Positions 1 to 12,150 of a DNA stretch of 64,000 nt are shown piece by piece. The DNA is from Octopus vulgaris (taxonomy: Eukaryota): NCBI GenBank assembly GCA_951406725.2, contig OX597816.1, positions 70,866,001 to 70,930,000 on the forward strand, written 5' to 3'. A program made the position numbers and the translations under genes. The notes beneath the pieces were generated by a model. It was not told the DNA's origin and searched no databases. It saw only the letters and a list, made by a program, of their open reading frames with translations. Position 1 is the stretch's first letter, and each line of letters begins with the position of its first letter.

Positions 1-135
1 TAAACTGGAGATACTGTTTTTTAAAGTATATAATCTGTCACGAAAAGGTCATGTAGAATCAGCTTTATGTTCTTGTGGAGAATATCTGGAAACAACCTCT
101 TTATTTATTCCAGTGTACAAACTACCACTCTGAAC

Positions 136-193
<58 letters not shown>

Positions 194-761
194 GAAAGAG
201 AGAGAGAGAGAAAGGAAGAAGAGGGAGACAGGGGTATGGGGGAGGAAGGGAGAGCGAGTTGGGTGAAATCTTCATTCAAGAATAGGTAGCCTTCATCCTA
301 CGAGATAGCTCGTAGTTGAAATTTCTCGAATAAACTTCTTTCATAAGGATTTGGTGGACTGGAAATTAAGGCAGAAAGCGTTCGACCAATCAATATATCA
401 TTCGGTAGGAATGAACCTGGAACCATGTAGTTACAAAGTGAACTTTACTACTTCGTTACTAGAGATTTCAAGCTCAAGCTAAACAGCATTGACCACTAGT
501 GTCAGGCAGAACTCATCGGCGAAGCATCCCAACATACTAGATATAAAAAAGAAAGTTGAATTCATCCTCCTTAACATAGATGGAACATTTCTCCTTGTCG
601 GGAAGGGTAGGAAATGTTTCACGGTTTTTCGCCAACATTTATGGTCTTCGCTACTTGCTACATACGCCAACAGATATGCAATCAATTTTCGCCAACGATC
701 TTACGGCTAGGTGTCACTTATGACAGAACAAGGTCAAAATATTGATTTAAAAATAGCAAAC

Positions 762-843
762 CGACGAGGATGAGATTCGAACTCACGCGGGAACATCCCA
801 ATGGATTAGCAGTCCATCGCCTTAACCACTCGGCCACCTCGTC
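762..843 (-). tRNA. trnS-GCT: tRNA-Ser(GCT), gene 1, variable arm GGGA-TGT-TCCC
   Basis: Reverse complement GACGAGGTGGCCGAGTGGTTAAGGCGATGGACTGCTAATCCATTGGGATGTTCCCGCGTGAGTTCGAATCTCATCCTCGTCG. 82 nt, full cloverleaf, long variable arm, G73, T5 tract about 9 nt downstream. Confidence 0.95.
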
Positions 844-1641
844 GACACAAACACCAAAGAATTTTTTAACACTTTAATGATGCATTAATTAGTAAAATTA
901 TGACATCTACCCCAGTATTTAACAGGTACCTATGTTACTGACCCCGAAATGATGAAAGGCAAAGTCGACTCCCGTCGCATCTAAACCCAGAACGTAAAGA
1001 CGGACGAAATGCTGCACGACATTTTTCTCGAAGTGCTAACGATTCTGCCAACTGGCCGCCTTACGGTGGATAATATATTGCCAAGAATCAATAGGTAAGT
1101 TATCAGACTTTAATTCTCCATTATCTGAACCAGATTTAGCAACGGATGAAACCCATCAGTTCCTGAACAATGTTGAACATAGTTTCTGCCGGCAATAAAC
1201 GGGCCATATTGTTTTAAAGCATATAATTCATCACGATCAGGTCGTAAATAACCAGATTTATGTTCTCGTGGGGGATATCTGGAAATATAACATCACTGTT
1301 CATTCCAGTGTACAAACTACCACTCTGAACGATATGTGTATATATATATATAAATACAAAATGGGACAAGAACGCAAAACATTCAAATAGGCGATACAAA
1401 AAACGCGGACGGGTCATTCGAAGCCTCTAATCTTCAGTCAAGAACCTGATCATCCTCGTATTTTCGGCTGATTAATCTTGCGGTTGCTCCAATCTGGCCA
1501 GCCCCAAGGAAAAACTAAGCTACGAGCATTAGATTTCTTGGAAAAAGGATCGAATGTATACAAAACAAGGACAGAAAAACGGACGATGTTACACGAATAT
1601 AAATACAAAAAAAAAAAAAAACGAATATAAGTACAAAAAAC

Positions 1642-1702
<61 letters not shown>

Positions 1703-1719
1703 GAACATAACAACACTGC

Positions 1720-2006
1720 TGAGACCCCCCTTCGGTCATGACTGAATTGTACCTAGAAAGTTACCTTCCCAGGCACAAATCCGGGCAAGGTTGCTTATGG
1801 AAGGTCGGCAGTCGCCCATGCTTACCGGGCTTCCTTCTCCACGCCACCAGTATTATCCAAGGGAAAGGCAAAGGGGCCGATACTGCTTGGCACCTGTGAC
1901 GTCGCAACTCATTTCTACAGCTGAGTGAACTGGAGCAACGTGAAATGAAGTGTCTTGCTGAAGAACACAACACGCAGCCTGGTCCGGGATTCGAACTCAC
2001 AACCTT
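1720..2006 (-). mobile_element. tRNA-derived SINE with V-domain-like core, 5' truncated
   Basis: Minus strand B box GAGTTCGAATCC then TGTGTTCTTCAGCAAGACACTTCATTTCACGTTGCTCCAG; related copy at ~44555-44790. Confidence 0.6.
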
Positions 2007-2056
<50 letters not shown>

Positions 2057-2365
2057 AGAGAAAGAGCGGGAAGAAGAGGGAGAATGAGGGATGGAGTTGG
2101 GCCAAATCTTCATTCAAGAAGACTTTATAATGCGAGAAAATTCATAGTTTCTCGAATGTTTCCTTAATAAGGACTTGGTTGACTTGAAATTAAAGCAGAA
2201 AGCGTTCGACCAATCAACATATGTAGTAGGAATGAACATGGAACTATGGAGTTGCAAAATTAACCTTGCCACTTCGCTACTAGAGATGTTCAAGCTCTAG
2301 CTAAACAGCATGGCAAAACAGACTTGAAATATAGATTTAAAAACTTTTAAAAAAAAAAAAGGAAA

Positions 2366-2447
2366 CGACGAGGATGAGATTCGAACTCACGCGGGAATAA
2401 CCCAATGGATTAGCAGTCCATCGCCTTAACCACACGGCCACCCCGTC
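2366..2447 (-). tRNA. trnS-GCT: tRNA-Ser(GCT), gene 2, possibly impaired (A14>T, G5:U68, U-U in variable stem)
   Basis: GACGGGGTGGCCGTGTGG...; invariant A14 lost; long T tract downstream. Confidence 0.8.
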
Positions 2448-2696
2448 AATACACCCACCGGTAATAATTTCACCAGTTACCTTTTTCATTCATGGAACAG
2501 ATGACTCAAAAACTGCGCCATGGTAAACGTCAGTAAAAAGAGTAATACACTCATAAGAAACAAAGAATTGCTATGAGGAACTAACTTCTTATTTATCGAT
2601 AGATTATCGAACCTAAAAATATTTTAATCAAGAAATGATTGTAGGCACCAGATTGAGAGTATTCGTTCAAAATAGGTAAATATCTATTAAAATATA

Positions 2697-2928
2697 TATT
2701 TCTTTATTGCCCACAAGGGGCTATACATAGAGAGGACAAACAAGGACAGACAAAGAGATTAAGTCGATTACATCGACCCCAGTGCGAATCTGGTACTTTT
2801 ATTTATCGACCCCGAAAGGATGAAAAGCAAAGTCGACCTCGGCGGAATTTGAACTCAGAACGTAACGACAGACGAAATACCGCTAAGCATTCCGTCCGGC
2901 GCGCTAACGTGTCTGCCAGCTTGCCGCC
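2697..2928 (-). mobile_element. SINE family 1 (GGCGGCGAGCTGGCAG head, Meta-like core), full-length monomer
   Basis: Core GCCTTTCATCCTTTCGGGGTCGATAAA..GTACC. Further copies at ~900-1061, 8929-9082, 18668-18885, 19481-19663, 26027-26257, 32337-32553, 35922-36107, 42885-43046, 54550-54705. Confidence 0.85.
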
Positions 2929-4297
2929 TTATATTTCTTAAAATATATATAAGGAATTATGATTTGGATACTTGATCGTACATGTATTAATGGAAATTAG
3001 AAGTAATTGCGTAAAATGGATTACGAAAATAAATAAAAGATTAAGATTATATACCAATTCTAAAACGTAATGAATGCGAGAGAGAATATAAGGAAGCATC
3101 AATAGATAAGCTATCAAGTTTTAATCCTCCCTTATCTCAACTAGATTTAACATCGTATGAAACATACCAGATACTGAACACTGATAAGCAAAGATTTTGC
3201 TGATAATTAACGGACCATGTTGTTTTAGACCATAATGATCTGTCACTTGTAGGTCATATAGGACCGAAATTATGTTCTTGTGGAGAAAATCCGGAAACAC
3301 AAGGTCACGATTTATTTTACTGTATAGAAAAAGAAAAGAAATATCACTCTGAATGAGAGAGAGAGAGACAGAGAGCGTGAGAGAGAGGGAGGAGATGAGG
3401 GTGAATGGGAGAGAGAATGAGAGAGTGAGAAGGCATTGGCCCAAGTCTTCATTCAAGAATAGTCTTCTTCCTACGAGGATGCTCGTAGTTTCAGTTTATC
3501 GAATTCATTTCCCTAATGAAGATTTGGTTGACTTGAAATTAAAGCAGAAAGCGTTTAACCAATCAATATATCATAAAGTAGGAGTGAACCTGAAGCCTTG
3601 TGGTTACGAAGTGAAATTTACCACTTAGTTACAAGAGATTTTCAAGCTTAAGCTAAACAGCACTGACCACCAGTACCAGACCCCCTGCAGGGATCATGGG
3701 TTACGCGTCCCTCCATACTAAATATAAAACACGTAGGCTTCAAAATCATTAACATTGTAGTGATATTTTATTCCATATTTTTAAGAATTGCAAATGTTTC
3801 ACAATTCCTCGCCACCATTCATGGCCTTTGTTTTTCGTCAAATGCACCAAGAAAGAATGTTATCAATTCTCGACAACGATTTTATGACTGGGTATCAATC
3901 ATGACAGAACCAACCTAGATATTGATTTAAAAATTGAAAAGCGAAACAATTAATTACAAAGAGAATTTAACCCCTTGACTACAAGAGATGTTCAAGCTTA
4001 AGTTAAACGACGCTGACTACAAGTATTTAGACAGTCTTCAGTGATCATTAGTGACGCGTTCCATCACACTAGATATTACAGAGTGGGTTTCATCATCATT
4101 AACATTATAGGGACCTTTATCCGTATCTGTAATGGTTGGAAACGTTTCACGTTTCTCGCCATCATTCTTGACCTTCGTTATTTGCGACATGCGCCAACGT
4201 GGAATGCAATCAATTTCAAAGACCGGAATGAAAAGAAAGAAAGAACCTCATTCATTACCTGTTTGGCAGAATTAAAAAAAAAAATGATGCACATTAT

Positions 4298-4379
4298 CGA
4301 CGAGGGTGAGATTCGAACTCACGCGAGGCAATCCCAATGGATTAGCAGTCCATCGCCTTAACCAGTCGGCCACCTCGTC
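4298..4379 (-). tRNA. trnS-GCT: tRNA-Ser(GCT), gene 3, variant (G15>C, weakened variable stem GGGA-TTG-CCTC)
   Basis: 82-nt cloverleaf, anticodon loop CTGCTAA, T11 tract downstream. Confidence 0.8.
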
Positions 4380-4721
4380 ACGATGCTCAAGCGTGAACAT
4401 CTTGGCAATTTCTCGTGTAAATGGTGGAATAGCAGAATCTGAAGAAATGGCGGTGAAAATAGGAATGCACAAACAACAAAGAAATGCCTTGAGAAAGAGA
4501 GAAGACAGGATTGTCACAGTTGGATTGACTTTCATTAAATCCCCCATATAGTATAAATAGGTGCATTGAAACATATACTGTATAACCGGTATTTTAGTAT
4601 CCTGCAACCAACAACACAATTTGTTTAGGGCTTAAACACTTATATCTCAACTTAGCACAGATTGCAGCTAAACTATATGTGTGTGTGTGTGTGTTCAGTA
4701 TGGGGGATTTAAAAAAGTAAA

Positions 4722-4935
4722 TTTCCTCGAGGAAATGAAAATGAAGCTTTTCAGGAATGAAGCTTTATTCGGAAGATGATACGTAGCCTTGTGGTCTTTT
4801 TTATGAAATTATTCCTGTACACATTAGAGAAAGACTCAAAGCTAATGGAATGTTACAGCACGATTCCAAAAAATGCGACCTACACCTCAGCAGCAATGCG
4901 AAACGAAATTATCGAATTGTTAAGACACACTGTCA
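4722..4935 (+). pseudogene. hAT transposase DUF4371-like fragment, inverted relative to its N-terminus
   Basis: LFLYTLEKD...PKNATYTS..MRNEIIELL matches the NA.Y.S..IQNEII motif of ZMYM1-like transposases. Confidence 0.7.
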
Positions 4936-5028
4936 GCCTTGTGGTCGATGTTTATTTGAAATTATATAAAAATAAGGAATGAGAATCTACTTATCTCCCT
5001 TTGTTGTTATTTCCCCCTAAATTTTTAT

Positions 5029-5667
5029 TTACTTTTTTAAATCCCCATTCTGAACAATTACCGTGTGAGTGTGTGTACACACACACATATAGTTTGCACA
5101 AAGAAAATGAGCAATATCAACAATGGAATTGATATAATAACGGTTTTTGCTCATCTGATCATTTTGAAAGATTGAAGACACGGATGTTGTTGTGGATAAA
5201 CGCTGTTGGCGTTCCTTCCATGTTACCATAGCTTGAATATGGGATGCAGAGTTTGCGTGTTTATTTAAACCTTTGTTTTTTTCTTTTGCATGATGCCAAT
5301 TAGAATATCCATTTTTAATAAAACAAGCATCAGCTTGAGCAGAAGTAATAAAGTGCCGACAAGCAAAACAAAACAAGGCTTTCTTTGAAAGAGAATACTC
5401 TAACCATGGACGACCAGTATACCAGCTTGACGAGAAGTCACGTCTCTAATTTCCATAAATTTTTGGATCAGACTTTGCTAGAACTGGCTGCACTGGTTGG
5501 CAGTCGACCTGTCCTAGATCATCCAATGAGTGTGTCAAAGTCTTTGCAAGACATCCCTTGAGCTGCGAAACTTCGGTTGCAATTTTCTTCTGTTTGGCAT
5601 TATTAGACGAATCAGATTGGAAATTCAGCAATGATTGCTTCAGTTTTCTTTTTCGGTAGTGATTCAT
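5029..5667 (-). pseudogene. hAT transposase N-terminus with TTF-type zinc finger, in-frame stop
   Basis: WYTGRPWLEYS...FCFACRHF...GYSNW...KH..S.SH motif; stop at 5446. Confidence 0.8.
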
Positions 5668-5922
5668 TATTTTGGGGCACTGATATTCGCAATAATAAAT
5701 TCTAAGATAGAATATCGTAGTAAGAGTAACAATTTCTTATAATTTATGTATTTTTAAATTAAACTCGAAAGAGATTTCGGTTCAAGCAATTTTTTTTCAA
5801 TTTCTTCAAACACAAAATAATTTCAGTATAAACTTTGTTCAAAGAGTAGGAAAAATTATTCAGTGAAAGTTCTCACCTGAAAAATCCTTTCTGAATGTAT
5901 ATTTTGGGAAATTAAAAAAATT

Positions 5923-6289
5923 GGATCTTTTCAATATCATGGCCAGGACCCCAGATCTTTCTAGTTAACTAAATAATTTGAAACTTCGTGTACTCATAGA
6001 GTAGAACTAGTTTATTCGCCAGTTGGAACTAGTTTATTTGAGAAAAATCTATTTTATGACTTTAATCGTAGATTAAAACTGCGAATTTTAACCAATGAGA
6101 TTGCTTGTTTTCATATGTAAAACGTTACTGCGATCTGTTAGTGTGACGTTGAAAGCAGTTTTGACGTAGTCTGCTCTCTCTTTGTAAGTCTGTCTGCCTC
6201 CCCCTCTCTTACTATATTACATTTATCTTGCTTGAACTCATTGAAATAAAACGTCCTCCTTTTTTTCTGTCTGTCTGTCCTTTTCTCTC

Positions 6290-6344
<55 letters not shown>

Positions 6345-6894
6345 CTGTATATATGTATGTTCATATATGTATGTAAATATTTATGAAATAAATAAACACA
6401 CATATTCGTGCGGATGTATTAAATATCTAAAATGTGTGAGCCTTATATAATTAAACTGATGATATATATATATATATATATACACATATATATATATATG
6501 TGTGTGTGTGTGTGCGTGCGTGTAATGTATGTATAATTATATATATGCGTGTGTGAGCGTGTGTGTGTGTGTGTGTGATGAAAGGCAAAATCGACCTCGG
6601 CGGAGATGCCACTTCTTAATAGCAAACGAAAGCGCTTTGTTTACATTTAAGATGTTTAATACGTCACGAAATTGGTGGTCGAGACGGAGTAAATAAAATA
6701 AAGCCGAATGACGGAATATCATTGGTTAAAATTCTAATTATTAAACAACGTTAAACTTAGAAGTTACAATTCCGTTTTCATTCTGGTTTACAATTAAGTT
6801 TACTTTTGACACATTCTACCAGTATACGAAGTTTCAAATTGTTTGGTTCAGTAGGAAAAATTTGAAAAAACTGGCTTCAGAATAGAAAAGATCC
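5923..6894. mobile_element. Non-autonomous TIR element (GGATCTTTTC termini) nested in the hAT
   Basis: Imperfect ~24-bp TIR; 3' subterminal region similar to 34541-34975. Confidence 0.6.
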
Positions 6895-7530
6895 CAAAAA
6901 TTTTCTCTCCTTTTTCGCGAATAATGATCCTCTCTGACGAGTAGAAATAAAATGACTTTTTAATGTCCGTCTCTGTTCATATATATACGTATGTAGTGAT
7001 GCGTTTACTACCATAAATCTCTAAATACAGCAACAATTCTTCACATACTTTTCAACAGCAACAAGGACAATCACCGTCGCCACTACGAGCACTACAACAA
7101 CAATAATAACAACTGACCCAGCATCACCCACTCCTTAATTCAACCCACAGTTGATGACCAGGTAAGCAGCCGATTCTGCGACAATTACAGCTACAACAAA
7201 CATTTTGGGGACCAGCTCCAATTTACCCACATTTTCATATCACTAACTTAAATCAAAAGAAATTCAACTTATTGCATCTTTAGCGACTTCAGATATTGCT
7301 TATGAGAAAAATGTAAAAATGTGGCGACAATGGTGGATAAAACAAAATCTATATAATACTGGGGTGGAGGGCTGAGATTCTAACTGGGGGTGCTGAGCAC
7401 CCCATAGCCCCACCCCCGTAGCTACGTGCCTGACACACACCTACACATAGACGCACGTGGATAAACATGGATGAAATCCGATTTTGGAAGTATGCTAAAG
7501 TTTTTAATAGACGTATGACGGAGAATTATA

Positions 7531-7702
7531 GGCGTAGGGGTGGCTGTGTGGTAAGTAGCTTGCTTACCAATCACATGGTTACGGGTTCCGTCCCACTGCG
7601 TGGCACCTTGAGCAAGTGTCTTCTACTATAAGCCTCGGGCCAACTAAAGCCTTGTGAGTGGATTTGGTAGACGGAAACTGAAAGAAGCCCGTCATATATA
7701 TG

Positions 7703-7739
<37 letters not shown>

Positions 7740-7930
7740 CCCGCCCAACATCGCTTGATAACCGATCCGATGCTGGTGTGTTTACATCCCCGTAACTTAG
7801 CGGTTCGGCAAAAGCGACCGATAGAATAAGTACTCGGCTTACAAAGAATAAGTCCTGGGGTCGATTTGCTCGACTAAAGGCGATGCTCCAGCATGGCCAC
7901 AGTCAAATGACTGAAACAAGTAAAAGAGTA
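7531..7930 (+). mobile_element. SINE family 2 (~400 bp, tRNA-like head, internal (TA)(TG) microsatellite)
   Basis: A box TGGCTGTGTGG, B-box-like GGGTTCCGTCCC. Other copies at 10010-10350 (+), 8470-8640 (+), 45930-46310 (-), 48228-48657 (-), 61125-61531 (-). Confidence 0.85.
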
Positions 7931-8689
7931 TCGTGTTTGCTTCTAATATAATCGTTTACCTTTAAAGCGAAAAAACAAGACCGACATATACAACACTTGT
8001 TTCAGCCGTTCATTTTCAATGAGCTGTAGAGATTGCTGCACGCGCACTCTTTTTTACTGGGTGGCGAAGGGTGTGTTGATCAAATTTGGAGTTTTTCATA
8101 TAAGATTTGAAATGAATTAATTCTTTGTTTCCCATATCGTTAATCTCCGTATTTTTCCACGCAGATTGAAAAAAGAAAATCCTAAAGAAGTTAAAAATTT
8201 TAAGAATTGATGGGGTGGGGGGAAATTTAAAATTTTGAAAATGTGATTTTTTGCATATTCGGATTCTCCGTCATCGAAAACTTTGGAATCCGTTGAGAAA
8301 AAAAAATTCCGAAAGCTCAGTTTTTGTGGGTGGAGGTGGGGGTGACTGTCGTCCAGCTCCACCTAAAAAGAAGGGATAAATAAATAGAGGAGAGTTGATT
8401 CCACTAGCCGTAGTGAAGGTCAACCGTTCTAGAAAAACAGTAACTTTGAATACTAATTTACTACTAACTGACAACCGGTGCTGGTGTGTTTACGAACCCG
8501 TAAACTAGCGGTTCGGCAAAAAGAGTACGATAGAATAAATACCAAACTCAAAATCAAGAAATGGGTCGACTCATTTGATTAAAATTCTTTAATGCGGTGC
8601 TCCAGCATGGCGGCAGTCTAATGGCTGAAACTAGTAAAAGAATATATGACAATAAATAGAACGCACTTCTTAACCACACAGCCATGCCT

Positions 8690-8928
8690 GGTACTACTAC
8701 CGAACAGTGGCCCCGGTGCGCGCACGCGCGTACTCGCGCATCCGCATTGGCTTGTCATGAGTAGTGGTTTTGTATGTTATTTACTTTGTTTAAAAAATTA
8801 TTTACTTTGTGCTTTTGTGTTTTATTTACTTTGCTAGGTAGTCGTAGGATCGACTAGTCACGACTAGCTAGCGCGGATGCGCGACTATGCGTGTGCGCGC
8901 ACCGGGACCACTGTTCGCTAGTAGTACC
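8690..8928. mobile_element. GC-rich fold-back MITE with ~70-bp TIRs (GGTACTAC...GTAGTACC)
   Basis: Long imperfect inverted repeats around an AT-rich core; absent from the homologous site near 11725. Confidence 0.8.
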
Positions 8929-9451
8929 TATTTCTTTACTACTACACAGAGGGGACAAACAAGGACAGACAAACGGATTAAGTCGATTATATCGACCCCA
9001 GTGCGTAACTGGTACTTATTTAATCGACCCCGAAAGGATGAAAGGCAAAGTCGACCTCGGCGGAATTTGAACTCAGAACGTAGCCTTGTTACGAACATGC
9101 CCATCACTGTTGAGCAATTACATTAAGCTATCTTATATAACCATCTGTTATATAAGGTGTAAAAACGAAAGCGTATAGTACACAAGCCTTTCTCGATGCA
9201 CGAAAATGTTGAGAAATACCAGATATCGAAACCAGCACACCATTTTACATCATTGAGAAAATACTCAGCAAAGCAATCACAATCGAATCATTCCTCCCCG
9301 ATGACCGGTTCTGTCCGAAACATTGGACTTCTTAAATTTGCTACGACATAAAAGAAAGTATTCTATTCTTCGTTGTTTCTGCGTTACTCTTTACCAACAC
9401 AGATAAAGTCGTATTTCGCCAGAATCAATTTGATGAATTAAGGCTCTAAAT

Positions 9452-9457
9452 TATAAA
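9452..9457 (+). promoter_or_regulatory. TATA-like upstream element of type A tRNA gene
   Basis: TATAAA at about -28 from the mature 5' end. Kept upstream of the 19851 and 26445 copies; changed to CATAAA upstream of the 11253 copy. Confidence 0.45.
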
Positions 9458-9479
9458 TATGTTACGGTATTAGCAGTAG

Positions 9480-9561
9480 GACGAGGTGGCCGAGTGGTTA
9501 AGGCGATGGACTGCTAATCCATTGGGAATTTCCCGCGTGAGTTCGAATCTCATCCTCGTCG
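9480..9561 (+). tRNA. trnS-GCT: tRNA-Ser(GCT), type A (GGGA-ATT-TCCC); the only + strand copy
   Basis: GACGAGGTGGCCGAGTGGTTAAGGCGATGGACTGCTAATCCATTGGGAATTTCCCGCGTGAGTTCGAATCTCATCCTCGTCG. Confidence 0.96.
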
Positions 9562-9568
9562 GTTTACG

Positions 9569-9578
9569 TTTTACTTTT
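9569..9578 (+). terminator. Pol III terminator (TTTTACTTTT)
   Basis: Two T4 runs 8-17 nt downstream of the tRNA; equivalent T tracts follow the other copies. Confidence 0.7.
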
Positions 9579-10650
9579 ATTCCATCTTTCGAAATCAGCC
9601 AACATATTTATGAATTTATAGTTTGTAGATGAGAGACAGATATTCTCTGTATAGAATACACTTCGTAGTGCTCAAGAGGCCTAAATTTGAACAGATACAG
9701 GGGCAAATGTAAGAATAGGCAAATTGATATACAAAGAAGTATCAAATACATTAATACAAAAAATGTACATATGTTTACATATAAAAAGGTCCGACTTAGA
9801 ATAAAAATGATATCAGGAGTTAAAGGGGTTGAATAAGAATTTTACGAGTCCAACAGCTGTTTCTGAGAGATTGGTGGTCCAAAATAATGATTGTAAATTG
9901 ATTCCATCATCGGGTAATGCCAGCCTCCGTCTTCAAGGAAGAAGTTTTACATTTGAAGTGTTGACAGAAAGGAGATTAAAGCTGGATTAAAGATTAAAGA
10001 TGTGTAAGTGTCTTGGGCAAGTGTCTTCTACTATAGCTTCGGGCCAACCAAAGCTTTGTGAGTGAATTTTGTAGACGGAAACTGAAAGAAGCCCGTCGTA
10101 TATATGTATATATCTATGTATGTGTGTGTATATGTTTGTGTGTCTGTGTTTGTCCCCCACCCAACATCGCTTGACAACCGATGCTGGTGTGTTTACGTTC
10201 CCGTAACTTAGCGGTTCAGCAAAAGAGATCTATGGAATAAGTACAAGGCTTCCAAAGAAAAAGTCCTGGAGTCGATTTGCTCGACTAAAGGCGGTGCTCC
10301 AGTATGGCCGCAGTCAAATGGCTGAAACAAGTAAAATAAATAAAAATAGAAAATAAATAAATATGTAGGTTTGTCCATAGATATATATTTCCCGCATTTA
10401 AAAAATAATTGCTCTTCATAAATTAGTAAACTTTTATTGAGTGCTGAATTTATGAGAAAAGGGAAAATTCTACAATATGTGAGGAGAATTGAGTGCGGAC
10501 AGACAATACCTCTAGAGTTCGAAAAACGATAAAAATGCATCAAATACAAACGTTAAAGTTGCTTAACACATAATGTATCCAGCCGTCAGCAGAAAAGCGT
10601 GTCATCTCAAAAGATGATGCAAAGGTGGAGTCTGCAAATTTTAGCAAACC

Positions 10651-11065
10651 TATTTCTTTACTGCCCACAAGGGGTTAAACACAGAGGGGACAAACAAGGA
10701 CTGACAAACGGATTAAGTCGATCACATCGACCCCAGTGCGTAATTGGTCCTTAATTTATCGACCCCGAAAGGATGAAAGGTAAAGTCGACCTCGGCGGAA
10801 TTTGAACTCAGAACGTAACGGCAGACGAAATACCTATTTCTTAATTACCCACAAGGGGCCAAACACAGAGGGGACAAACAAGGACTGACAAACGGATTAG
10901 GTCGATTACAGTGACCCCAGTGCGTAACTGCTACTTAATTTATCGACCCCGAAAGGGTGAAAGGTAAAGTCGACCTCGGCGGAATTTGAACTCAGAACGT
11001 AACGGCAGACGAAATACCGCTAGGCATTTCTCCCGGCGTGCTAACGATTCTACCAGCTCGCCGCC
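10651..11065 (-). mobile_element. SINE family 1, dimeric body
   Basis: One head plus two ~181-bp bodies; junction GAAATACC/TATTTC near 10835. Confidence 0.85.
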
Positions 11066-11252
11066 TTATTGTAGCAATTGGAAAACATTAACACCGAATA
11101 TAAACTGATGCTCTCAGATGTTGTAGCAGTACTTATCTAATGTTTCCCATCCATCTTTCTCAGAGTTTAGCGCTGGGCAGCGTATCACGTGCATTTTCTT
11201 TGTAATTGAACGTAACTTTAACCACTTGGCGAGATAAAAGTAAAATGTAAAC

Positions 11253-11334
11253 CGACGAGGATGAGATTCGAACTCACGCGGGAAATTCCCAATGGATTAG
11301 CAGTCCATCGCCTTAACCACTCGGCCACCTCGTC
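11253..11334 (-). tRNA. trnS-GCT: tRNA-Ser(GCT), type A (cassette 1)
   Basis: Identical to the 9480-9561 gene in reverse complement. Confidence 0.96.
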
Positions 11335-11885
11335 CTACTGCTGATACTGCAACATATTTATGATTTACTACTTAATTCACCAAACTGATTCTGGAGAAAT
11401 ACTTTATCTGTGTTGGTAAAGAGTAACGCAGAAACAACAAAGAGTAGAATACATTTTTATGACGAAGCGAATATAAGAAGTTCAATGTTTCGGACAGACC
11501 CGTTCATCGGAAAGGAATAATTTGATTGTGATTGCTTTGCTGGGTATTTTCCCAATGATATAAATTTCTTTGCTAGTTTCGATATCTGGAATTCTCAACA
11601 TTTTCCTGCGTTGAGGAAGGCTTAAATACCACACACTTGCGTTTACATCTTACATAACAGATGGTTGTACGAGAAAGCTTAATGTAATCGATCAACAGCG
11701 ATGGGTTAATGTTCGTCATTGCAGGCATGACTGTGTGGTTAAGAAGTGAGCTTTGCAACCACCGTGCTTTGGGGTTTCGATCAACTCAACGCAACAATTT
11801 TGAGCCAACGTCGTCTGTCATATCCTCAAATTGACGGATGTCTAGCAAGAGGAATTTGATAAACGGAAACTATGCAAAAGTAAAA

Positions 11886-11943
<58 letters not shown>

Positions 11944-12150
11944 GTGTGTGTTTGTATGTAAAGCTATCTGTTATTTGCTCCGAATTAGAATAAATGCTGA
12001 GAAACGGTAACTGGTTCGTTGGAAATCTGTGACCATCACCATTACTTTTCACCAGTAACAATTAATAAAAATAGTTATGACTGTAAGACATTGTCATAGA
12101 TGCAATACGGTTTCAACCGAACCACCGTGAGATCAAATTCCGTATGAGAA

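Larger units (their letters stand above)
1..4400. repeat. Old diverged tandem repeat, 3 units of ~1.6-1.9 kb, one tRNA-Ser gene per unit
   Basis: Homologous blocks 1-135/1190-1333/3205-3353 and 255-760/2093-2340/3435-3935 (shared TCTTCATTCAAGAA...GCAGAAAGCGTT...AGCTAAACAGCA); partial internal duplicate 3975-4220. Confidence 0.85.
4670..7432 (-). mobile_element. Degenerate, rearranged hAT-family transposon (ZMYM1/TTF zinc finger type)
   Basis: hAT-like terminus CAGGCACGTAGCTACGGGGGTGGGG (minus strand, from 7432); transposase fragments listed below. Confidence 0.7.
8660..9582 (+). repeat. Inverted duplicate of 11232-11750 including the type A tRNA
   Basis: For example GTTGTTTCTGCGTTACTCTTTACCAACACAGATAAAG (~9372) is the reverse complement of ~11403-11440; interrupted by a MITE and a SINE at 8690-9082. 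Confidence 0.85.

Noticed and set aside
9849-9939. Minus-strand hammerhead-like TCC-TTGAAGA...GAAACAGCTGTT-GGA
   Set aside because: Core has C3>U and helix II is weak with a ~55-nt insert; probably a decayed PLE relic, not callable.
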